Assembly (NCBI RefSeq): GCF_008000775.2
Contig: NZ_CP042905.2
Location: 3,390,001 to 3,422,000, forward strand
DNA from: Promethearchaeum syntrophicum
Lineage (GTDB): Archaea; Asgardarchaeota; Lokiarchaeia; Sigyniarchaeales; Promethearchaeaceae
Direction of reading: 5' to 3'
Length of the DNA: 32,000 nucleotides
The notes under the pieces are model-generated. The model was not told the origin of the DNA and ran no database searches. It was given only the letters and a program-made list of their open reading frames with translations. Position 1 is the first letter of the stretch; every line of letters starts with the position of its first letter. Position numbers and translations under genes: made by a program. Below, piece by piece: positions 1-8,265 of this stretch.

Positions 1-2093
1 CAGAATCTAGTCGGATATCAGACCTATTCCAATTAAGTATTAAAGGAATGACTAAAAAACAAATAAAAGAACAATTGGGTTTTGAAATTGTTTTTGTTGG
101 AATTTTTAGTAGTATTATTGGGTTCATCTTGGGAGCAGGTTTTTTCTTTTTTATCAGATCCAGTTTATCCCCCATATTTTTCCCAACTTTGACACCTAAG
201 CAAATTCCTTTGATTATTTCACCTATTTGGGTAGGAATCACGATATTGATAGGTGTGATAATCTCATTCTTTTCCTATAAGCCCACTTTGAAGATTATAA
301 AATATACAGAAGTTGGAGATATGGCAGAAGCAATTGAAACCAAAGATCTCCAAGCGATCTATAACGAAAAAACAACTTACGAAAACCTTACTCCTCAGAT
401 CCAAAGGAAAAAACCATTGGAAAAACATAATAATAAGAACAAAAAGAAAAAAGACCAATATGAAGATTCTATTGTTAATACGGAAAAAAAAATTCCGAAA
501 TGGTCCTATCTCTTGGTACCAACTATATTAATTCCCATTTTTCTATTCGTCTCCGCCAATTATGCCATAGATCATCCTGTTGGACAATTTTGGATAGACT
601 TAGTTGGTAATATGTATTACGATTTCAGAACTTATTTGGTTATTGTCTTAGGAGGAACGATTCTTTTAAGTGTCTATGGATTATATCGGTTTTTTATAGT
701 AGAATCACCTCGTCGGATGGCAAAATTAACCAAATTCTTATCAAAACCATTAACCCGAAGATTGGATTATATTTTTGGATTGGAAATGGTCAGAAGGCGG
801 GAATTTCGTTATATAATCTTATTAGTCTCAATTTTTACAAGTTTATCTGTAATGATAAATCCAATAACAGTTTCTCTTCAAAGTTATCCTATTTTAGTCG
901 AAAATTTAAATGTTGGAGGGGATATTAAAGTTGAAGTAGAATTTGACCAAGGAGGGATCCAAGATTCTAATTTTTTTCCACAATTTAAGATAGATCTTCA
1001 AACGAATATCAGCCAAAAGCTAAATACTCAAATCGGGGACAATACATATGTTATGAGCCAAAATCCCGAATTTTATTATCAAGGTGAAGAAGAAGAAATT
1101 GTACATCCCACTTCCTATTATTTAAATTTTCCCGAATACTTGACCACAATTTCTTCTAAGAATAAAATTTTACCTGACGATGAGATTTCCCAAAGCCTAG
1201 AAGTAACCATAGAGTATAATGAACACGCAGAAAAAGATCAAGTTGGTTTGATTTTATCCCACTATTTTAGTTATTATGATGATGTTTCACAATATGAGAA
1301 TTTCTATCTTAATTTCTCTTATTTTAATCATATAACCGAGAAAATCGAAAGTAAGTGGTTGGAATGTGAAGTTATCGCCCGTGTGAATTATATGCCGGGA
1401 CTCTATAATCACTATTCCCGATATAATTCAGGTAGTAATTTATTTTTAGACATCTCTCAGGTACTCCCTCCCAACTGCACGGTTTATTCTTTAAAACATA
1501 CTTATTTATTAAATCTTGAACATCAAACCGAAATTCCTTTAGATTTTGCACAAGATCTTAAGATGAAAATACAAAACTATGCGAAATTCAGTTCTGTATA
1601 TTTATATAATTATGAATGGTTGGAATATTCTCGAGGATTTGTAATACTTAAAACTAAAATGGGCTACAGTCTTTATTCTTTGTTAGTTATTGGGCTTATT
1701 TTAGGGATCGGGCAAGGATTAATTTTTACCCAGACATCAAAAGCTAATAACCAATTTCATGGAAATTTAATGGTTCGCGGAGTAGCAAAGAAACAGATCT
1801 TTAAATTTGGATGCACTCAATTAGGACTCTTTATCGGGTTTGCTATAGTCTTTTCGATTACAAGTGCGGTGATACCTCTCATAAGTGCCCTTCGATTTTC
1901 CCAGATTACTTTTATGTTTGAACATTATGCTTATATGGGTTCACCGTTTACGATACAATATCCTATTTTCGTCAATTGGGGAATTCTATTTGGAAATATA
2001 ATAATGATCGCCTTATCCGGGCTAATAATATATTCTATTTTCTTTTTTTCCCAAAACCGTGAGAAATATTTCATTACAATGAAAGAATTATAA
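1..2093 (+). CDS. FtsX-family (MacB/BceB-like) ABC transporter permease, 5'-truncated by the window edge
   Basis: Frame 3 is open from nt 3; ESSRISDLFQLSIKG precedes the first Met at 48, so the gene begins upstream of the window. Two FtsX-type modules are visible: LSIKGMTKKQIKEQLGFEIVFVGIFSSIIGFILGAG near the start and LMVRGVAKKQIFKFGCTQLGLFIGFAIVF near the end. A large soluble loop separates them, and several hydrophobic helices are present. Confidence 0.85.
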   Translation, partial: ESSRISDLFQLSIKGMTKKQIKEQLGFEIVFVGIFSSIIGFILGAGFFFFIRSSLSPIFFPTLTPKQIPLIISPIWVGITILIGVIISFFSYKPTLKIIKYTEVGDMAEAIETKDLQAIYNEKTTYENLTPQIQRKKPLEKHNNKNKKKKDQYEDSIVNTEKKIPKWSYLLVPTILIPIFLFVSANYAIDHPVGQFWIDLVGNMYYDFRTYLVIVLGGTILLSVYGLYRFFIVESPRRMAKLTKFLSKPLTRRLDYIFGLEMVRRREFRYIILLVSIFTSLSVMINPITVSLQSYPILVENLNVGGDIKVEVEFDQGGIQDSNFFPQFKIDLQTNISQKLNTQIGDNTYVMSQNPEFYYQGEEEEIVHPTSYYLNFPEYLTTISSKNKILPDDEISQSLEVTIEYNEHAEKDQVGLILSHYFSYYDDVSQYENFYLNFSYFNHITEKIESKWLECEVIARVNYMPGLYNHYSRYNSGSNLFLDISQVLPPNCTVYSLKHTYLLNLEHQTEIPLDFAQDLKMKIQNYAKFSSVYLYNYEWLEYSRGFVILKTKMGYSLYSLLVIGLILGIGQGLIFTQTSKANNQFHGNLMVRGVAKKQIFKFGCTQLGLFIGFAIVFSITSAVIPLISALRFSQITFMFEHYAYMGSPFTIQYPIFVNWGILFGNIIMIALSGLIIYSIFFFSQNREKYFITMKEL

Positions 2094-2140
2094 TAAATTC
2101 AAATTGAGAAATAATATAAAGAACAAATTAGGTGAAAAAA

Positions 2141-3187
2141 ATGACTGAATCTGATGATGTGAAAACCAAAAGTAGTCCTTCTAAACCTATTGCTGAATTG
2201 AGTGAACTTTACAAAATATTCAAACAAGGACAAAACGAAGTTATGGCACTAAAAAATATCAACTTAAAAATCTACCCAGGAGAACTGGTTGTCATCATGG
2301 GGCCCAGTGGTTCTGGAAAAACCACACTCCTCCATGTGATTGCTGGGATCACGCGCCCTTCGGCAGGTAATGTGACCGTGAACGATCTTAAAGTGGAAAA
2401 ATTGAAAGATGAAGGTATTCAAGACCTGTTGCAAAACCATATTGGAATGATTTTTCAATTCTTTAATTTAATCCCTACCCTCACAGCCACCGGAAATGTC
2501 GAAATGCCCATGATCGTTTCCAAAATGCCAAAAATTCAACGAAAAGAACGGGTTCAATATTTATTAAAAGAAGTGGGAATGATTGAACGTGCAAATCACA
2601 GACCCTTCGCGCTCTCAGGAGGAGAAAAACAAAGAATTGCCATTGCTCAAGCCTTTGCTAATAATCCAGAATTAATTTTAGCTGATGAACCCACAGGTAA
2701 TGTGGATTCCATATCTGCTGAAAAAATAATGCAATATTTCAAGAAAGCGCTAGTAGACAACCCCGAAAAAGCAATGATCATTGTCACCCATGATATTGTT
2801 TTCCGAAAAATTGCAGATCGCACGCTTATCCTACGAGATGGGGAAATAATTAAGGAATATGGACGATTCAGCCAAGATGAACTGGATACTCAAAAAAACG
2901 CAAAAATATCTGATCAAATTGGTGAAATCACCCATAAACATGAACAAACCCAAGCTTTAATTAATGGGAAACATGATCATCTATTTTTTGAGGATATCAT
3001 CCAATGCCCAAAATGTGGATCGAAAGAAATTTTAAAAGCTTATGATAAAGAAGCAGGTGCATTATTTACACATAACCAACAAATCATTACCAGGATGTCC
3101 ATTGCGTGCCTTAAATGCAGTGAAATCACTTATCACTACGCTGGAATCTATAATATTAAAAAAGACCTCCATCAACCTCATGATTAA
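2141..3187 (+). CDS. ABC transporter ATP-binding protein (MacB/LolD-like) with a C-terminal zinc-ribbon extension
   Basis: Motifs: Walker A GPSGSGKTT, signature LSGGEKQR, Walker B LILADEPT, H-loop VTHD. I prefer ATG 2141 to the GTG at 2132 because AGGTGA (2130-2135) lies 5 nt upstream of it. A C-terminal extension of about 110 aa carries CPKC (3005-3016) and CLKC (3107-3118). Confidence 0.95.
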   Translation: MTESDDVKTKSSPSKPIAELSELYKIFKQGQNEVMALKNINLKIYPGELVVIMGPSGSGKTTLLHVIAGITRPSAGNVTVNDLKVEKLKDEGIQDLLQNHIGMIFQFFNLIPTLTATGNVEMPMIVSKMPKIQRKERVQYLLKEVGMIERANHRPFALSGGEKQRIAIAQAFANNPELILADEPTGNVDSISAEKIMQYFKKALVDNPEKAMIIVTHDIVFRKIADRTLILRDGEIIKEYGRFSQDELDTQKNAKISDQIGEITHKHEQTQALINGKHDHLFFEDIIQCPKCGSKEILKAYDKEAGALFTHNQQIITRMSIACLKCSEITYHYAGIYNIKKDLHQPHD

Positions 3188-3238
3188 TATCCATTGTGAT
3201 GGATTTATTAATTCAATTAGGATTCAGGATAGAGAAAA

Positions 3239-6200
3239 ATGCGGCCAACAATCAAATACACAATCTCGCAAGCGCTAAAAGTGTTTAAACGATCACCTTT
3301 ATTAATCATTAGTTTAGGAGTGACACTGTCTTTGGTTACAGGCATGAATATTTATATCTACAATGCTAAGGTTTATCAGCTGGAAAATTTTAAAGGTAGT
3401 TTCTTTGATATTAGCATCCTAGAAAACAATGAAAACGAAAATTTCCCGTTAAATGGGACAGAATTCTTCGAATCGAACTATGCATATTTTGCTTCTGAGG
3501 TTGAAAAAACGTTTCTAATAAAACAAACTTCTCCCATTTTCCAACTCTCTAATGATTATGTCATACTTGAATCAACTGAAATTAAGTCCACCGATAACCA
3601 CACCGATCACTTAGAATGGTTGTATTCTGACACCAATTTTTATGAATCTAAAGATTTTTCCCGCGATTATACTCTTTATTCAGGACGATTACCCCAAAAT
3701 GAAACAGAATATTTGATAGATATTGTTTCCGCAGCAAAAATGGGATTGATTCCTGGGCAAATAAATCATGCACAACTTTCAATTAAGGAAGACTTAAACG
3801 TTTCTGGTACACTTCGAAGTTACTCCCTTTCGAACCCCTTAATGATTGTGGTGGGTGTGGTGATACCCAATAATGATTATTGTGAACTTTTATCATACTG
3901 GACCAAAATAGAAATGAGTTATTCGGTGGAAGAAGTAGAGAATATGGAAATGGCATTAAGGGAAGACTGGTGGACGGGAGTGGTGATGGGGGTAATAGAT
4001 ATAGAAAACTTGCATGATCATCCCATGTTAAAAGAACTTGATACTGCCAGCATTTTATTTAATCAAACAAATTGGGAGATCTACGCGGGCGTTGGGTTTA
4101 GTTATGATCGAAGTACAATTGATCCAAACCATATCAGTCAAATTGTTAACGATCTTGGAAATAAACGTGCAGAATTTTATAATGATCTTCCACGTGAGAA
4201 TATAGATATTTATTTTGAAATTATTTATAATTTAGAAAGTATCCAATCTGGTTCCCAGGAGTTTTTTATTCTACAAATTCTTACAGTTCCACTTTTCTTT
4301 TGTATTATATTCATTAGTCAACTTCTGGTAAAAACAGCATTTTATCCCCGATTTAACGAGATTCATCTCAGTCTTATGAAAGGATACCCCCGAAATATGA
4401 TTCTGGCTCAAATTCTTGTTGAAATTTTTTTGATGGGAATTTCAGTCGGTTTATTAAGTTTAGGATTTAGTAGAGTGCTTTATGGAGGAATTCAGACAAT
4501 TCTTAACCCAAGTTTAAACAGAGTTTCATCATCAAGTTCTATTTCTTGGTCAGGCAGTTATGCACGCCTCGTAGCACCAACATCCCCTCTTCCTTTTAAC
4601 ATCACTCCCTCCCTCATTCTATGGGCTTGCATTATCGGACTCGTGACAACTCTCGTGATTTATTTTCAATTGATGATACGTATTAAAAATTTAAAATTGC
4701 ATTCACTCACCGATTATTTGGAGCAAAGAGATCTGGAGAGTTCATTAGATGAAAATGTATTGTTGAAAAAAATGAAAAAAAATAATAATAAAGCAAAATC
4801 AAGATCTGATGCCTCAAATAAGATGAAGGATGATAACACTCAGCAGTATAAATCTCAAGAATTCTATTATTCACGCAATTTACGGAAATTTGGTTGGATT
4901 TTTGTTTTGATTGGAGGTATTCCTCTTCTTTTTACCATTATCATGCAAGTAGGATCACAATCAACATTTGATATTCTTGTGTTTTTATCCCAAACCCTCT
5001 TTACGTACGCTGGGACGCTAGCTGTGCTCAATTTTTTTAGCCCTATATTGCTTATTTTTGGAGTTCTCCGAATCCTTTTATTTGAACACCCCATTTGGTA
5101 TTCTAAGCTCTGTAAGGCATTCTCTACCATTTTTATTGGTGAAAAATCAATAATCAATGCACTTGAGACATTTAGGCATCGACATTTAAAATCTATTTCG
5201 ATTTTTATGGCTCTAATTACTGGTTTATTCATTTTTACTAATTTATCTATATATTCTGGCCAAAATTTGGAACCAACTATTTACAACGCTAAAATTGGAA
5301 CAGATTTGAATATTCATACCATTAACAATTACGATGCTATGGCTACTTCAATAAATGAAATCCCGAGTCAAGATTTGCTGGAATTGACACAAAACTTTGA
5401 AAACATATCTATCGAAGGAGAAGATGAATTTAAAGCAAAAGCATGTCCCATCGTCTCACTCTGTGATATATCTCAAACAAATTGGGATTATAAAAGTGTA
5501 GTATTAACAAATCTATCACAATATCTTGTAATGGCGCAGCAACCCATAGTAAAATCCCTCTTCCCAAAATTAGAAAAAAAATTAATAGAGCTTGAAGCAT
5601 TCAATGAGGAAAATCCAAATGTAGTCGGCATTTTAGCTGCCCAAAGTTTTTTAGATACCTTTGGGTACTCAATTGGTGAATCTTTTATCATTAATCCGCA
5701 ATTGTTTCCGTTTACTGGAAATTTTTCACAAAAAGAGCCGATGGAAGTCAAGATCATCAATAAAATCGCGTGTTTTCCTGGTTATTATCACACTTTACAT
5801 CATAGCCATCCAATTCTGATGGATATAGGAGAAATTTGGGAAGAAAATATCATGATAACTTATGACACCTTAAACTTTATGGTTGGTTTTTCGCAAGATT
5901 ATGAGATCTCTACTCAAATCCCCCTTTCAAAGGTTTATCAAGATGTCCCTGAACAATATCAGATTCAACTTATCATCAATAGATTTGATTATTCAACCGA
6001 AACTTGTGGAATTTTTAATTTTTCAGGTATGAAAGACGAAAATTTATCGATATTTTTGCTATATATTGAATTAATTTTAATTTTACTGTTTGTTGAGCTA
6101 AGTATATTATTTTTAGTTAATCTTTATCAACGAACAAACGAAAAGTATTACGGATCTCTTCTCGTCCAAGGATTTGGAAAAAAAAATATTCACTTGATGG

Positions 6201-6472
6201 TCTTGGCACAAATATTGTTTGTAATCGGTTTTTCTTTTTTAGTGGGAGTTATCTTAGGGACGATCACTGGATTATCGTGGACATACAGTTTACTTTCGGT
6301 ACATTTAGCCAATCAAGGATTATATAGCTTGTCTATTCCCCTAACCTTCAATTTTCCAGAATTTTTCGTTATACTCATTACTTTAATTGTTGGAACCTTA
6401 ACTAGTTATTTTTTGATCATGTTAAAATATCATGGCAAAGAATACGCCGAATTTCTAAAAAGGGATATTTAA
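3239..6472 (+). CDS. Giant double-FtsX ABC transporter permease (1077 aa)
   Basis: Two FtsX modules: HLSLMKGYPRNMILAQILVEIFLMGISVGLL and LLVQGFGKKNIHLMVLAQILFVIGFSFLVG. There is an N-terminal anchor helix, two very large hydrophilic (presumably extracytoplasmic) domains and a K/N-rich linker around 4770-4840. Confidence 0.85.
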   Translation: MRPTIKYTISQALKVFKRSPLLIISLGVTLSLVTGMNIYIYNAKVYQLENFKGSFFDISILENNENENFPLNGTEFFESNYAYFASEVEKTFLIKQTSPIFQLSNDYVILESTEIKSTDNHTDHLEWLYSDTNFYESKDFSRDYTLYSGRLPQNETEYLIDIVSAAKMGLIPGQINHAQLSIKEDLNVSGTLRSYSLSNPLMIVVGVVIPNNDYCELLSYWTKIEMSYSVEEVENMEMALREDWWTGVVMGVIDIENLHDHPMLKELDTASILFNQTNWEIYAGVGFSYDRSTIDPNHISQIVNDLGNKRAEFYNDLPRENIDIYFEIIYNLESIQSGSQEFFILQILTVPLFFCIIFISQLLVKTAFYPRFNEIHLSLMKGYPRNMILAQILVEIFLMGISVGLLSLGFSRVLYGGIQTILNPSLNRVSSSSSISWSGSYARLVAPTSPLPFNITPSLILWACIIGLVTTLVIYFQLMIRIKNLKLHSLTDYLEQRDLESSLDENVLLKKMKKNNNKAKSRSDASNKMKDDNTQQYKSQEFYYSRNLRKFGWIFVLIGGIPLLFTIIMQVGSQSTFDILVFLSQTLFTYAGTLAVLNFFSPILLIFGVLRILLFEHPIWYSKLCKAFSTIFIGEKSIINALETFRHRHLKSISIFMALITGLFIFTNLSIYSGQNLEPTIYNAKIGTDLNIHTINNYDAMATSINEIPSQDLLELTQNFENISIEGEDEFKAKACPIVSLCDISQTNWDYKSVVLTNLSQYLVMAQQPIVKSLFPKLEKKLIELEAFNEENPNVVGILAAQSFLDTFGYSIGESFIINPQLFPFTGNFSQKEPMEVKIINKIACFPGYYHTLHHSHPILMDIGEIWEENIMITYDTLNFMVGFSQDYEISTQIPLSKVYQDVPEQYQIQLIINRFDYSTETCGIFNFSGMKDENLSIFLLYIELILILLFVELSILFLVNLYQRTNEKYYGSLLVQGFGKKNIHLMVLAQILFVIGFSFLVGVILGTITGLSWTYSLLSVHLANQGLYSLSIPLTFNFPEFFVILITLIVGTLTSYFLIMLKYHGKEYAEFLKRDI

Positions 6473-6486
6473 ATCCTTTGATGGTG

Positions 6487-6511
6487 TTTTTTTGTAATTT
6501 AATTTTTTTTT
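6487..6511 (+). terminator. Oligo-T tracts (T7 at 6487-6493, T9 at 6503-6511) downstream of the permease stop
   Basis: Two T runs lie within 40 nt of the stop at 6472. Archaeal RNA polymerase terminates at oligo-T. A 290-nt intergenic gap follows. Confidence 0.4.
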
Positions 6512-6768
6512 GATTTTCTTATCGCTTTATAATTATTTCCATTATAGGATGTAAGGGGATATTTAGAAATTTTGAATCTTCTTGGTTTAATTTACTAAAA
6601 TGCTAGTTTGTACCTATATATTATACCAAAAAAATTTTTAGGTCACTTAAATTATCGATTTCACTCAAAGATGATAGAGAATGCGATAATAAAATTGATT
6701 TTTTTAGAAAAAATCCAGAATGATAAAAAATGATAACAATTAAATAACCAAATTACCAATTGTTTAGT

Positions 6769-7947
6769 ATGAAATTATGGATTCTCAGAGTAAGACAAGT
6801 ATCTCACATTTTGAATATTATTCTCGGAAGCGTATTTTTGGCTTTCAATACCTACTTAATGTTGATGTATGGAGTAAAATATATTCAAGATGAACAGATT
6901 TGGTACCAAGCTAATCTCACATTGAATAGTGGATTTTTTATCAACATTATTATAGTATCCCTCTCAGTATTCGTTCTTGCATTCACGCTTCTGGGAGGGT
7001 TTTCCAAAAATCCGAGAAGAAATTCAAAACCTCTCTTACTTGCTTGCGTGGGGATTGTGATAACCCTATTTTGGGTAATTTTCCAATTATTTACCCAAGC
7101 TGGAATTATTGTTTATTCTGTAATAAATGGTCTTATTTTGATATTTTGTGGGTTTGCGGGAAACCAATTTCCTGGTCTACGACTCAAAATTGAAAATTTG
7201 GTTGAGATCGTGCCTAAACAAGGGCCTATTGATCCTCAAAAAAATTATTTTAATATAATTGAGCGAGTATTTATTCCTGTTTTAATCTCTGGACTCTTTA
7301 TTGCTAACCTACCTGCTAGATTTCATCAACGAGAATTGCGGGAAGGAATCATTCTTGTTGTTATGTTTCTCTTGGCTTTGGTTATTGTGACCATTTTTAA
7401 TTATAAAAAACGGGCGCGATTGAGAAAATTAGTATTGCAATACCTAGTAGTGAGTTTAATTCTTTCTATATGGTTTCTCTTTATTTCATTTTCATGTCTG
7501 ATCTCTTATGACGGTGAACCAAAGTTTAAAGAATCAGGAATAAGTTATCATAATGGTGACTTGTATTTTTTCACAATTGGGGCAATAATTTGTGGAACTT
7601 TTTTCTTGTCAGATAATATTTTGAACCAAATCAGTCGAGTCAAGCATTCTGAAGAACAACCTGTTCTTCCCAACCCTTTACATGCTACTAAATCTAACAA
7701 ACCATCAACACTATCGGATTACGATTATAACCAGTTTATATGCCCCAATTGTGATACATTATTAGAACAAGATACAATAAGAGAATTGAAAGCAAAAAAA
7801 TCGGTTTTCTGTGCCCTTTGTGGCAGTCAGATCTCTTTTTCTGATATATTCGGTAATGAAAAAGAGGCGGTACTACAAGAACACAATCGATTATTAAAAA
7901 AAATCACGAAACTTCCATCAATAAAGACAGATAATTCCGAGGAGTAG
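6769..7947 (+). CDS. Polytopic membrane protein with a C-terminal cytoplasmic zinc ribbon (hypothetical)
   Basis: Roughly 7-8 hydrophobic helices are followed by a hydrophilic tail carrying CPNC (7741-7752) and CALC (7810-7821). I prefer ATG 6769 to the TTG at 6760. No family is recognised. Confidence 0.6.
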   Translation: MKLWILRVRQVSHILNIILGSVFLAFNTYLMLMYGVKYIQDEQIWYQANLTLNSGFFINIIIVSLSVFVLAFTLLGGFSKNPRRNSKPLLLACVGIVITLFWVIFQLFTQAGIIVYSVINGLILIFCGFAGNQFPGLRLKIENLVEIVPKQGPIDPQKNYFNIIERVFIPVLISGLFIANLPARFHQRELREGIILVVMFLLALVIVTIFNYKKRARLRKLVLQYLVVSLILSIWFLFISFSCLISYDGEPKFKESGISYHNGDLYFFTIGAIICGTFFLSDNILNQISRVKHSEEQPVLPNPLHATKSNKPSTLSDYDYNQFICPNCDTLLEQDTIRELKAKKSVFCALCGSQISFSDIFGNEKEAVLQEHNRLLKKITKLPSIKTDNSEE

Positions 7948-7956
7948 GAATAACCA

Positions 7957-8217
7957 ATGAATCCGAAATCTACTGCTGAGAAAGTCGAATTTGCAAAGCA
8001 GCTCGTGAAATTAGGACTTCCTTATCGTGAAATTCAAGAGGAATTAAAACGCAATTTTGGAACGGGAATGTCCAATACCACACTACAAAAAATCGGAGCC
8101 CAAGAGACAGAAATTGCCGAGTTAAAAATTAGACTTGCCCAAACCACCAACGAGTTAGAATTATATAAGCGGCTCTATTATGAAATAGTTGAGGCAATGA
8201 AAGATAAAATTAAATGA
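7957..8217 (+). CDS. Small HTH plus coiled-coil protein (hypothetical DNA-binding protein)
   Basis: 86 aa. An HTH-like stretch (LGLPYREIQEELKRNFGTGMSNTTLQKI) is followed by a heptad-like segment (EIAELKIRLAQTTNELELYKRLYYEI). The start lies 9 nt after the upstream stop, with an AGGA about 8 nt upstream. Confidence 0.55.
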   Translation: MNPKSTAEKVEFAKQLVKLGLPYREIQEELKRNFGTGMSNTTLQKIGAQETEIAELKIRLAQTTNELELYKRLYYEIVEAMKDKIK

Positions 8218-8265
8218 AAATAAAAGTATTCAATTTAATGCAAAAATGAGAGGATAGCTAATCAA

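Noticed and set aside
264-531. Two short ORFs (264-458 minus, 313-531 plus) overlapping the first permease gene
   Set aside because: They lie in the K/N-rich, A-rich linker of a well-supported long ORF. Their low-complexity translations are typical of shadow frames.
7957-8217. The 86-aa HTH plus leucine-zipper-like protein as an IS3-family OrfA transposase fragment
   Set aside because: No OrfB or DDE domain, frameshift motif or inverted repeats follow it. It sits in tight operon-like spacing with chromosomal genes.
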